Shown here piece after piece: positions 37,623 to 50,835 of a stretch of 64,000 nucleotides of DNA; position 1 is the stretch's first letter; each line of letters opens with the position of its first letter. The notes beneath the pieces were generated by a model. The model did no database searches and had not been told where the DNA came from. It was given only the letters and a program-made list of their open reading frames with translations. The translations under genes were made by a program, and so were the position numbers. Source of the DNA: Azolla caroliniana (taxonomy: Eukaryota; Plantae; Polypodiophyta); assembly GCA_043228905.1 (NCBI GenBank), contig JBHGNT010000017.1, forward strand, positions 3,038,001 through 3,102,000, given 5' to 3'.

Positions 37623-40600
37623 TGCCAAAGAGAGAAGAAGAAGCAGAAGGAGAAGACGATGACTGCGTCGACGCCCCACCGAATATTGCAAGAAGGAATC
37701 GCCATAGCTGTGTTACGTGTATGTGAAAATCTGGCGGGAAAACAAGGGAAAGGAAAGATTTCAGACTCGAGTTTCTCTCCTTTGTGTTTGTGTGTGTTTG
37801 GGGCCAGGGGAGAAGGGGCGGGGGCCAAAGGGGGAGGGAGAGAAGAGAGTTGTGGCAAGAACTTTGTTGAAGGTGCTCGAAAGTCCCGAGATAGAATGGC
37901 ATAACTATTCGCCTTGCAAGCTAGATATTCAGTGTAGACTTTGACAAAGATGAGGATGGTTGATTGAATTTTGGCGTAGGGCATACAGTATAGTAACTGT
38001 CATAACCAAGTTCCAACAACTATGCGGTCGATTCGGTGTAGAGCATGCTTGTATTAATTATTGCATACCATCTACAGTTGAAGGGGTTTTAGGACAGTTG
38101 ATTCTTTAGACATCTACCTTTTTTGTACATGTTGCTTATTAAGATATGCAAGCATGTATAAATGATAAAGGAGTGTGTATTTATTCATATTTAAATATAA
38201 CCATTTTAGTTTGTAAAACCTCGTAGATGTCTAAAGAATTTTATTAGATACATGACATCGAATCACATTTTCCCGTAGGGATTAACATAATTGATGCCTT
38301 GGAGTGTTGCACTTCCTTAGCTCACTACCACGTCCCAAAGGGTTGCCTTCCTCTCAATGGGCTAACTAGATTATTGGGGAACGTCACTCCCCAATGGGTA
38401 CGATTATGTCATACATCAACTTATAAAAGCACTTAACTTGTTACGGGCATGACCATATAATATCCCGTGATGAGAATTTACCGTAGTATTCTATGCATGT
38501 GGATAAGTGCGAGGGCTAAACGAGAGTGTAAAGAAGGGGAGGATTACTTTTAATCCTCGAGATTAAGACAACCTGTTAGGCCAAGTGTGAACTTGCTTGG
38601 GACCCTTGGGTCTTGTTATAAATATGAGGCCTAGCTACCCTCATTTGATCATCACTTGACTACATCGAGACTCTGTTTTGTGGTGGGTCAGCTCCTATAG
38701 TGAGCATGCCAGCACCATGTACGACTTGACGCCACGACGGTGGTATGGGACGCTGATCGAGGCTCGAGTCTGTCTCGATCCCTTCACTCAGGGATAGTCG
38801 GGTGGATTGATACCCTTCTTTCTCTCTCTCCTTTCTTGTTTCATATATCTTTTATCCTTATCAAATGCTTATGTTAGACCATCGCTCTAACATACGCCAT
38901 CAACCACTTAAGTTAATACAAATTAAGACACACTTAATCACGTGTTAGTCTCGATTAAATGGACAATCATTGTATATGAAACATAAGAGGTGTCTCAATT
39001 AAATAGATATTTATTAAAAAGAAATAACATATATATCTCAAATAATTAGGTGAAAACACTATACTAATGGCGCTTACTGGATGTAGAGGTTAGAGAATAA
39101 GGACCAAAAGGTAACCCCAAAGTTATGGCTCACGATGGCCCCTTTGATGTTACGGCTATTGCCCTTCCTTTTATACAAATTGGAAACCCCAGAAGTTCCC
39201 TTTCACATAACAAGCCCATTGGTCATTGATGTTCATACAACCAATAGTTGAAATTGCAATTTTTAGAGCCTTGTATAGTTTATTACAACTAAAAAAACAT
39301 GACATTATTTTCCTTGATAGACATGTGCATCCAATTTATGGTATGCATTATTATTTTTTCGCAATGACAAACCTTAATATCTTGCTCCATGTTGTTATCT
39401 GGATAAGACATTGTTGAGTTAAAATATATATGATATTCTTGAAGTCTGTTATCACGACATAACAATTCAGAGTCATATACCATACACTTTTCAAGCATTA
39501 GAAGAAACAAATCGCACTTTTCTAACAAGAAGGAGAATGTTTAGTTCTACTTGGTCGTGGATGTCAACTTTTGACACGACATTGGTTTGACCTTGGTATG
39601 AACCATGTGCTTTCCAAGTGGACATGGCTTGCCTGGTTAGTGGTTAATTCATTATTGGGAGAAGTGCTAAAAGTCGGGGTTAGTTTGCCATTTTATTGAT
39701 CGAATAACACATATTTATATTCGAGTTTGGGTTGATCATTTGGAAAATAATATTAACTTTGACACGTTTGGGGAAATAGATAAGACTTAGGGGAAATTTC
39801 AAAGTTTTTCCTTTTTCTCAATATGCTAATTTTATTTTGTGTTTGATATTCTTAACATTATATTATGTCCATCAATGTCGTGGACCGTGGTTGTTCGATC
39901 TTTCTCATTAGCCAAAATTATTGGAGAATTTCCCTATTGCTAAAATGTTATCAATTCGAATGTAAAATTTCATCTATAATTGTTTCTTGAACTTCTTTTC
40001 CAACGTTTTCATAAGTATGTATTCTTACAAATCCCACAGAAGCAATGGATTCCCATGGACTTTCTATCTATTTATTTTTCTTAGTCTTGTAGTATCAAAT
40101 AAGAACAATTTGGCCGTTGCAACTATAAAAGGTATCCATGGCACACTATATCTTAGTTTTTTTGTACCCAATTTTCTGCATCACTTGCATGATGTGCATT
40201 TTATGATTGATGCAATGGATACTTTCAATTTAGAATGCATTGGTCATACTATCCTAATTATAGGCCTCGAGAATCTCTTAATCTCTAATGCACATCTAAC
40301 TCAACAACATACAATGCGTAACAATATAAGCTAGTCTTTGGTCGTCAATAAAGGAGTTTACACATGTTTTATATGGAAGTATAAATATAAAATTGTCATT
40401 GATTATTTATAATGTTTTGGATAACACACTAATTGCATACTTGTGCAAATTGGAACTTTGTTTGTATAAACATTCAAAATGTGAGTAAATTTGTTTTGAT
40501 TATTGTCCAGTTTGACTATAGTCAAAATAAATTGCTATCTTATTTCATTGTTGGTTTGGGGGTTATATATAAGTTGTTAGCTACAACTCATTTGGAATTT

Positions 40601-41526
40601 AGTTAGCAACCATGGTGTTTCACAGATACTTCCTAATTATTGCCACATGCATTCACCGTGACAATTCTAATCGAGTAATAAGAGTAATTCATTTATTAGT
40701 TCTAGGTGTGAATGCAATAGATGGTTAATTAATTTGCATGAAGAACATTGTAGATGAAGGGAAAGCCATATTCAACGAAAAGAACCATCAACAATGAGAT
40801 TAACAAAATCATGTCTAATGAGAATATGATAAATTTTATAATGTGATGTTAATCTTCTTTAGTGAGAAAATGATTTAACTATGGAATGTAATTCTAACAT
40901 GCCATTGACAAATGAGTGAAAAAAAAAGCTCATGGATGGTGCACTCTCCAAATCTAAATTTAAGTCCCCCTTATTGCAAAAACATTTGGTAGTAACAAAA
41001 AGGCATCAAAAGCTACGAAGAATAATGTGATTTCTACAAGCTCTAATGGAACATATATGTTGTTAATAATATAAAGCAACATGTTTGTTTAATTATAAGG
41101 GAGAAACATGTAATTCATGTTCTAAGGTTCAAAACAGTAATACAACTTTGTCATGGGTATTGGATATATCTAAATAATCATATATCATGCACTCAACCTC
41201 ATGACACTCATGGAGAGAGTTGGAACTTCTCTATTTGAAAACAACATATGAATCAAATGTGCAATAGCAATAGACGATAGACAAACAAACACATGTCAGC
41301 AAACATTGAATTGAATTGATCTATAATGATTTACATACATTTTCATCTTTGGGTGCATGGTGGTTGACATGTGTTGGTATGTATATCTATGACTAGATCC
41401 TCGAATCCTTGAGAGTACTTGCTTATATTATGGTACATAGCACGCCAAGTTCCAACCATCCATGGGAATAATGTCTCACAAATTGAGTAACTCCAAAACA
41501 ATCACACTATACAAGAAAGTTCATCA
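35181..41526 (-). repeat. 6.3-kb inverted duplicate of 53677-60028 (ORC6 upstream region plus exons 1-6)
   Basis: Paired ORFs (37281-37691/57527-57937, 35911-36114/59095-59298, 39289-39528/55654-55893, 39987-40334/54854-55207) are near-identical. Scattered substitutions and several indels show the copies are not identical. Confidence 0.97.
37734..37741 (-). promoter_or_regulatory. E2F site retained in the duplicated ORC6 promoter
   Basis: GCGGGAAA, which is TTTCCCGC on the minus strand, ~115 bp upstream of the ATG. Confidence 0.7.
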
Positions 41527-41806
41527 CACTATACAAGAATGACAGCGGGGCTCCTTCTGACAGAGTCGGGCTCCCTCTTGCATAGGCTGTCTGACAGCGG
41601 GGCTCCTTTTTGACAGAGTCGGGCTCCCTGTGGCAGAGTCGGGCTCCTTTTCGCAGAGTCGGGCTCCTTCTGACAGACGTTGTCAGCTTTTTATCCATCT
41701 TGGACGGTGGAGATCGAACGCGCCATCAGCGATGTGACCTGCACCGTCCCTCTCCGCGATTCCCTCACTTGCCCTCTTTAATATTTGGGAGCAGTTAGTC
41801 ACGAGC

Positions 41807-41946
41807 ATGTATGGATGGATGGATGGATGGATGGATGTATGTATGTATCATGTATGTATGTAATAATGTATGTATGTATGTATGTATGTATGCATCATGT
41901 ATGTATGTATGTGTGCATCATGTATGTATGTATGTATGTATGTATG
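41807..41946. repeat. (ATGG)n/(ATGT)n microsatellite, right flank of the composite MULE
   Basis: Directly visible; same strand orientation as the left flank, with an ATGTAATAATGT interruption. Confidence 0.95.
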
Positions 41947-43979
41947 CACCCAAGTCATTTGTCGTCTTAACCTATGAATGCATGCATTGATGTTGTATTT
42001 CACATCTACATAATCAAGGATGTATGACGTGTTGCGGTCACGTTTCCATGATTTAGGGTGTACCCACCGTGTTCACATGCTCCCTATTTAGGATGTGTCC
42101 ATCAAGGTCAGCAACCATTTTTGACTCAGGATGTACATGTTGAGCTCAGAACCTTGTGTTTCCCTTATGGTTCTCTCGAAACATAGCCCAAAAAGAGAGA
42201 GTTGTATTTATCAGACAAGCCCATCATGTTTTCACTCTCGAGATACCTTGTCGACACATACTCACACCTTGATGACTTTCTAAAACAAGAGCACTCATCT
42301 TCATACTCAACTTTGAGACATCCTCGGTATACTAAAACATTGGGTGTATTACATACATATAAGCACCCTAATTCCTTGAGTATTTTTATTTTTGATAAGA
42401 TATAGCCTTACAAACAAATAAACTTTAGTCTGTGTGTGCATGTTGAATATCTATATAGGTTGCAGTTTGTGGAAGTGTGATTCCTAAACACCTATTTTTA
42501 GAAATGTGAAGCTAAACATCATATCAAAAACATGAAGGTAAATACAACATCAAACTTGTATTAATTTTCAATCTATGAGGTGTAGAAAGCGAGAGGATCA
42601 AACTCTTAATGTGCATTATATCAAACATAAAATATGCATAATATTATAATGAGTTGGAACCCTCAATATAGGGTTGCAAAGCACAAGATTCACCTCCACA
42701 AACCATCATGTTTAAGTGGTTAAACTTAAGTTTTTTAAATGACATGAGCTCGTGAATTTATATTCTGATGTATCATTGTGGATTATAACAAAACTCTCAT
42801 AATGTGTAAACGCCTATGATTCAGTGCATAATCTCATTGCCAATTGCCATTGCCTCCCATGACAGGTTTCCTTGTCTGAAGGCAATGCTTTCGTATTAAA
42901 CTTCCACATGTAATGTTCATCGGTATGAAAGTGATCGCAGATCCAATGGTGTCATTTCGAACCCCTAAGAGCCACGAATGCAGCTAGATCATAATAGAGT
43001 TCTGAAAGTGGATTTTGGTACACGTTCCCAAACATCATTTTGAAAAGCTCGCGTATACAAAAGCATAGTCATGTTACACAAAATACTTATTAGTCAAGTA
43101 GAAAAGTTTGGCTTGTTCTTATTAATCAACTAGCTAAGGTATAGATTAATTTGTTGCTTCTTATTATGACAGCATATAGTATCAATGCCATGTGTCAAGG
43201 TTCTTTATCGATTTGCTTTAGTTCAGCTTGTGAATATCCAGATAAACATTCTTTGATTTCAGTAACGTTTTTCACAAAAACATTGACTCCCTAATCTAGA
43301 AGCAAATAAATTAGGAGCTGTTATCTCATATATTTTCAATACTTTGGGTATGTTACATGTAGCTCAACAAACACCTTCAACCTCTCGAATTTTATCCAAA
43401 CTCAGATAAAATTCATCTATCTTCATTCAAGGTTAATATTTCTGCATACCAGCTACAATATATGAGAAGATAAAATGCAGTGTAAAACATTTTCATGATT
43501 CTAAACATAATCGCAGATGTACAAGTCAGTGACCAGACTTTATCACAACAATTGAATGCTACTATAATCTTAGTAATTAGTAATTTGCCAGCCAATTCAT
43601 ATGCATTTCATTTCGCATTAAATTAAACTAAGATCTAGATGCACAGTTAGTATATACTGCTGTAGAACAAAAATAGGTTGAGTGCATATTGTGAATCTCA
43701 TCAATAAATAAAAAACTGACATTCATTTGGGTCCAATTAATAATTTGCAAAAGTTAATAAATTAGCAGGCAGTAGTTGTACATATGTTACATCATTTTTC
43801 TATGCATTATTGGCATACAGCCTCAAAAATATGCAAGAAAAGTTCATATAATTCATATTGAACACCTTGTGGTGTAACTTGTTATAATAGTAATAAACCA
43901 TGATGTTCCTGCAAACAAAATATGTGCCATCCCATGCACTTTCTGAAACATATATGTTAGGAATACCTCATCAGTTCCT

Positions 43980-44701
43980 TTACTCTTCAAGCTCTATGAT
44001 CTTTACAACAGATGAATCTCCTACTTTCTGGCACACAACTATACGATCATGCGGCTTGATAATTCCTGCAGCTTTCCCATGATCCAACGCAACCTTCAAC
44101 ACAGACTCGTTGGTAGCATTGGTTGCTTCTGCCTGTAATCCAAGTGATGTACCATGCAATGTGTGAAACAAAACAATACCATATAATTCAATCTAGTGAT
44201 GCATATGAAACAGAACTTACAGGATGCCTAGGGTCTGCCAGCATTGGAAATATACCACGGATAACTAAGCATTGCCTTGCCTGCAGATAGTTAGAAAGAC
44301 GAATACTGAGCAACTGACGATGAAATATTAAGTACTCATGAACATGAAATTTGTTGATTCGTCAAAAAATATAATATCAAAGATACCAAATGTCCAGAAA
44401 GACGTTTAAGAGTGATTACTGAAGCAATAATGGCTAAGACTACAACAGAAAGAACGAGTACAGAGCACCAAATGTCCAGAAAGGCGTTTAAGAGTGAATA
44501 TTAAAGCCATAAGGGCTAAGACTACAACAAAAAGAATGAGTACAGAGCACCAGCAGCGAAATGGAGTTCTCATTCATCTCTGTTCATTACAATATCCAAT
44601 TTCGATCTGCTAACTGAAATCTGAGGGCTTATCACACTATCTACCTATTAGATTTATGCACAGAGAAAGAATAGAAGAAACAGCAATACAATCAGTCCTT
44701 A

Positions 44702-44747
<46 letters not shown>

Positions 44748-47700
44748 GCAAATTAAAACTTAAAAATATGGTTAATCTGTGGCATATGTATCAATTGTTC
44801 CAAGTAATATACTACAATATTCATATTAGAAAACATAACATCATACAGAACCAGAAATAAGCAAAACTATAACGCAAAAAACAAGAGCCAGTGAATTAAA
44901 ATAAATTCAGAAGAAACATGGAACCACAATCAAAAGAGAAAACTGAAGGTATCCATGGGTAAAACACAGTATTCTAACCCACAGGCCACTATCATAAAAA
45001 AATGAGTCAGAAAGATTCAAACTAGATCTTATCCTCATATGTAAGGATATAAACAATAGCTACAACCAAGAGAAGAAATTGCATCATGCCATACAAGACA
45101 GAATTGAAAGAGATTTGGTAGAAATCCTTCATATTCATGAGATGGGAAAAGCTGTAGCATATTCTCTCACCTGAAATGCGCCAGTGAAACTCCAACGTAA
45201 TTGATTGGTGGTCAACCTAGGAATTACCACCGATAGAACAGGCATTGTTGGCCTATATTTTGCAATCAATCTGGTTATATCAAGATAAATAACATTATAT
45301 CCATACTGCATATTATAGAATTGTCCTATCCAGAATAAATCCAACAAATTATGGAACATCACAGATAAACTATTAACCATCACTATTATAAAGGTGGGAA
45401 TGATTTTGCACTGATGAAAACATTTTGTAAGATTTATAGTGAAATAACTAAATGTACATGGCTTATGTCCCTGCATGATGAACAAACCTCATGATACAAG
45501 TAATACATTCAAATACAAACATTATTTCTTGGCTTGAGAGAGCCACTTGTTAAATTCATGTTTTAATATATACCTGGCAGCTCTCCCAGATGACGTGAAT
45601 ACCACAATTACCGATGCTTTCACCTTAATAGCAGCTCGAACCTGCATGAACATCACATAAGCATTAATAGTACCATTGAGTAAGTAATTATTCTAAATAA
45701 AGACTTAATGAGAATGAACTTACAGCAGATGAAGCTATTGACTCAAGATGTGTCATTGGCTCACCAATGTATTTCACTGTTTTCTTAAAATACACAGCTT
45801 GATTGTAAACCTTCTCGGCCTGCAAAGCAACAAAACACATTTATTGCTTCTCTAGTTTCATGCATCCATGTAGAGGATAGGCTCTAACATTCAAAAGCAA
45901 ATGAGTTCCCACCTCAGCACATATCTTCCCGACCGTTGAAATAGTATCAACAGGATATAGACCACGAAGTGTCTCTGCTCCTAGAAGGATGGCATCAGTC
46001 CCTACAGGTAGCACATGGAGCAATGAATCATGAGGCACAGAAATGTGCATCTTTTGTCTATAATAAGATCATAAAATACACCAAGAATGAAATTGCTATT
46101 AGGCTGGACTTGTTATAATTACAATCAAAAACAGCGTTTGCAAGGCATACAGATTTTGGAAATAGAGAATGATCTTCCTTTATTTATAATAAGATCACAA
46201 TTATAGGGTTGAAATGAATAAAATTTACCATCTAGAACAGCATTTGCAACATCTGTTGCTTCTGCACGAGTAGGTCGAGGAGTATCAGTCATACTATCAA
46301 CAACACGTGTAACTACCGCAGGTTTACCAGCCATGTTGCATTTGTGCACTGCAGCCTTTTGGAACAAAAAGACCTGAAACCACACAACATGAACAGATTA
46401 GGTATGGATCACAATATGTTTCCAATGCCATGTAATGGATTTCCACTGACCTTCTCTGGTGGAAGATCAATCCCCAAGTTTCCACGTGAAAGGATGATTC
46501 CATCTGCTTCTTGTAATATCTCATCAAAATGTTTGAGCCCCTAGAGAAACATCAGCAACCATTCATAATCAAATCAAGGAACTTTGTCAGGTTATATAGA
46601 ATTACTAATATAAACTGCTATGGTTACACCATAAAGCTTAATTCCTGTCAGATTTTGAAAATATTGTTAACTTGAGTATTATCCCATACCTCTACATTCT
46701 CAATTTTTGCAAATATTTGTGTTTGATTTAAGTCTCCAAATTTCGCAAGATGAGCCCGAGCCTGAGACAGCCATGCATTGCATGATCCATCAGCATCAAA
46801 TACAGTGCACACCACACATGATAGAGTGCAAATTTTCTACCCAATACAATAAATCAATCCCCTCGACAACAGACATACCGCACGAACATCCTCCGCATGG
46901 CGAGTATAAGACAGAGAAAGGAAGTCAATGCTATTGCGTACTCCCCATGTTGCAATTGCCTAATTTGATTTCAAAATGGTGTTAGCCAAATCTCCACAAC
47001 ATGAATGCAACAGCAAAAATCCATGAAAGTAATGTGCAGTTTAAGACCCAGAAAAGGAGACGCCACGCAAAGCCACAAGAACAGCAGTAAGGTAGCAAAA
47101 AACATACCTCCTTGTCTGCTTCTGTCAAGGTGGGAAGATCAATATGAACCTGCGAAGCATGTGCAGTGAAGAGTGAACCTGCCAGAGTTGCACTGTTTTT
47201 CACGAGACAGAGGACATCTTTGCCTTTGATTTCCTTCACCTGGAGTAAAGTAAGTTATCAGAACTCTGCAGAGTAAACATATGGAACCAAATGGAAAAGA
47301 TTGCAAAACAAAAGCATGATCTGTGTTGATAGAGACAAATAACTAAACCTCAAGCCAAACTGAAGTGGTCTCACTTCCAGTGAACAGATATTGACCAACA
47401 AAAATGGTATTCCCTGGTTTAACAGCCTGTCACAAAAGAAATCCCACAAATGTTGCTCAACACCACTGAAAAACCATAGAGAGGAACATACAATTTTTGG
47501 GCTCAGGACACCTACACTAGCAAAATCAGCATAATTGATTGGAAGAATTTCAGATGAGGCATCTAGTGATGTATCTGATGATATAGTCACGAGTGCATCA
47601 GCTTCAAGTGCGATTGGTTTTTCACTCTTGTTGAAAACTTGTAGCTCAGGCCCCACAGTATCCAGCATAACCTGTGTAAAGGAGAAGAGTTACATGTAGC

Positions 47701-48616
47701 CAAAATCTTGCTGTTAAAAGCTGGTTTAACAGTCTTTAGAACTTCCCAGCGCCATTTCTTACTCAGAATGTGTACCCTTTCTTACTCAAAAATGAGCCTA
47801 CTTTAAACAGTAAAGAAATAGTCAGCTTACAGCACACAGCTTTTTAGTACTCTTGACTGCCTTCTTCAGATTCTCCAAGGTAACTTGATGATATTCGTCA
47901 TCACCCCATGAAAAGTCGAAGCGAGCCACTGGAGAATCACAAAAAAATTTGAATAAATTACATGTGAAGTAATAAAAAATCTTCTAACTAATCAGGATCT
48001 CATTCTAATTCCTAGAGAGGAGGTTTAAAAGTATCAGTATTTCAGTCCTATTCCAAGATTGAGCTTCATAACTATCAAAACTTCACTCCTTTGACTGAAT
48101 ATATGCATTTACGCTTAATAGAGAGAATCAAAAATAAGAAAGGGCAGAAAACGACCTGACATTCCAGCCTTTAAGCATGCCTCTATCACTTCAATAGACC
48201 GGGATTTTGACCCCAACGTTCCAATGATCTTGGTCATTGCTGGAAAGAACGACTGCAAAAGAGATCATAGGGGTAATAAGAGCTAGGATGTTACGTGAAT
48301 AGATGTAAAGGAACAAGGAAAGATTATTAAAGAGTGAGTTGTGATGCAAACATTCATATGTAATAAAGAAAAAGTGGATTTTTATGGAAATAATAAGTTA
48401 TTTCACCACATAAAGAGCGGATTTTGTTGAAATATGTTAATATAGAATGGAATTTTATGGGAATAACAGCATATCCCAGAAAAAGAGTAGCTTCATTTCG
48501 GTGCAAAAACAGCTTATGAAAGAGTGGGATTTCTTCTCAACGCTTACAGGTTTAGATGGCTCCAGGATGGAAGCCAGACGGATGGGCTCCTCGAGCAAAA
48601 GATGAGAAGACTGCAT
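43980..48616 (-). CDS. PK: Cytosolic pyruvate kinase, many exons
   Basis: [109 protein letters not shown] and [17 protein letters not shown]. Confidence 0.97.
44385..44551. repeat. ~82-bp tandem duplication in a PK intron, followed by (TA)n at 44706-44743
   Basis: ACCAAATGTCCAGAAAG...GAGTACAGAGC occurs twice. Confidence 0.85.
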
Positions 48617-49897
48617 TTTTTTCCTTTGATTTAGAAGCACCAAAACCCACTTGAAACAGGAAGACGCGGAGAAGGTGAGCCGATCCTTTGTCTAACAAGC
48701 TTGAAGAAGAAGAGCTGGGAAAGCGAAAACAATTTCAAGGAATTTGATTGAAAGCGGAAACGAGAAAGAACGGCAAAGAAGAAGAACAGGAAAATGGCGT
48801 TCGTGGTATGGTACCTGAGAAGAAGAAGAAGAAGAACCTGCTATGGAGAAGAAGAAGGAGAAAAAGACGAAAAAGAAGAAGAACCTGGTATGTAGTAGAA
48901 GACTGTGTGAGAGCACGCACACCGCACACTGAGAAAGAAAAAGCGTTTGGTAGCCCTAGAGAGAGAATAATTGTTCCTGGACTGTCTGAAAACGCAAAAT
49001 GTGAACATTTGAGGGAAAAAAACATTTGTGATTTACATTAAAGTTGATGAGTAAAATATTAAAGTTGGAACTCACGTTACTTACTCGCACTAAACTTCGA
49101 TCTTAAGAGAGACAATGCACACATGAAACAACCCGAGCCCAAGACACTTGGGCGTCCATTCCGAACAGGATAATGCTGCATTTTTAACTACCCCAGAGGC
49201 AACTTGGCCTTGAGTGTGTGTCTTGTGGACATGGATTTCTATTCATGGAGGCATTCGATCTAGCCTATGTGCGTTTTATTGTACTAAGTGTTTGTGGGGA
49301 AGATAATGTTTGAAAATATCGAAGGAAGATTAAATATCAATCTATTAGATGGTTATGTGGTCTATGATAATCACGTGATTGTTATCTATGTCGTTGTATA
49401 AAAGATGTGCATCGTTTAGACTTGTCAAACTGTGGGAAGGAAAGCCTTGAGGTGCATAGTACTTGCTCAAAGGGCCTTACTCTTTCACCTTGAATAACCT
49501 AATAAGCATGAACTTTTATTTGGAAGGTCTTTTAAGACAATTTTAGTAGAATTATGCATGTGGTTCCTCTAGAATATTCTTGCCTCTTGCCACACAAGAT
49601 AAGCATGTGAATATTTTGGCCTTCATTGTGCATTTACTTCTCTCCCCAATATAAAACATGTGTATGTGCACTTGGCACAAGGATACTCCATGTGCTCGTC
49701 CTACATGAATAAAACTTGGAGAAAATGAGGTGTATGTATAGTGTTTTTTGGTAGTCCTAATATATGATATAATGCATTTGCTCTCTTATGCCAAAATGAA
49801 TTAAGTCTATGCACCAACTCTACTGCAATCCTTATATCTTGTGTGTAACATCCCTCCGCTAATATTGCATTGGTTGTACTTGATGCTCTCTCTCAGT

Positions 49898-49912
49898 GTA
49901 TATGTATATATG

Positions 49913-49957
<45 letters not shown>

Positions 49958-50013
49958 ATGTATACAGTATATGTATATAGGTATATAGGTATATCTATAT
50001 CTATATCTATATA
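49898..50013. repeat. Compound (TA)n/(TATG)n/(TATATC)n microsatellite
   Basis: Directly visible. Confidence 0.9.
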
Positions 50014-50587
50014 TCACAAATGGTCTTCCATAGATGTTAAAAATAAAATTGTGTGCCTCCACACTTCCAAAAGGATGATAACAAAATTTATCTACCCCCA
50101 ACACTTTCCTTGGTTTGCAAACATCGCCATCTTGGACGAGTCTACAATAAATATCATAGCCTATGAGGTTGTCAATTGTAATCTAATCGAGTTGATAAAT
50201 ATCCTTATTTCCACCTAGCATATACCATGTGAATATTGCAATGACTTGATGCATTTTTTATTTATTTCAATTAAGTCATCCTTCTATCATATAGATGAGA
50301 TAACATTGCCATTCATGATTTCTTGCTAGATCTCATGGGCCGTTTCGGAGATTAATGACAACTATATAGTTCTTTCTATTCCATTATCTCTTGACATATA
50401 AGTGTATCATATCCTTTTTCCATATTTTGAAGTTCTGTTTGGATACTTATTTTTGCACTCTTCTCATACCTATGCATATAAGTAAGCATCCAAAGAGGAC
50501 TTCAAAAATAGGCTACCATTATTGAGATCTCAAATGTCTGACATTGGCCTCCCCATTGATCAATGTATAATTCTCCATTTGGTATTT

Positions 50588-50835
50588 GCAAATTTCCAAC
50601 ATTGCAAGAAGTTGTTTTTAAAAAAGTGGCATTTCCCTTATTGTCATTGGTTTTATCGTTGGTCTCTCGTGGCAAATTTCCAACATTGCACGAGATCAAA
50701 AAGTGGCATTTCCCTTTTTGCCTTTGGTTTTATCGTTGGTCTCTTGTGGCAAATTTCCAACACTGCACGAGATCAACAAAGTGGCATTTCCCTTTTTGCC
50801 TTTGGTTTTATCGTTGGTCTCTCGTGGCTAATTTT
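50588..50835. repeat. Minisatellite, ~76-82-bp unit x ~3.2
   Basis: GCAAATTTCCAACATTGCA...AAAGTGGCATTTCCCTT...TTGGTTTTATCGTTGGTCTCT repeated three times. Confidence 0.9.

Larger units (their letters stand above)
27903..41806. mobile_element. Composite Mutator-like (MULE / Pack-MULE-like) insertion with ~265-bp terminal inverted repeats
   Basis: 27903-28165 is the reverse complement of 41540-41806 (3 substitutions and one 4-bp indel seen), both with GGAGCCCGACTCT arrays. The interior has MULE transposase remnants, a Ulp1 gene and captured ORC6 sequence. Confidence 0.85.

Noticed and set aside
38230-38965. Solo LTR call (also 56220-56950)
   Set aside because: LTR-like composition, but no matching TG...CA termini with a 5-bp TSD found; kept only as a divergence observation.
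39226-40334. ORFs conserved between the two duplicated segments
   Set aside because: Similarity reflects recent duplication of AT-rich intergenic DNA; the reading frames differ by indels.
35181-41526. ORC6 duplicate as a retrocopy or pure assembly duplication
   Set aside because: Introns and promoter are retained, so it is not a retrocopy. SNPs, indels, microhomology and filler DNA argue against simple assembler duplication, though haplotype mixing is not fully excluded.
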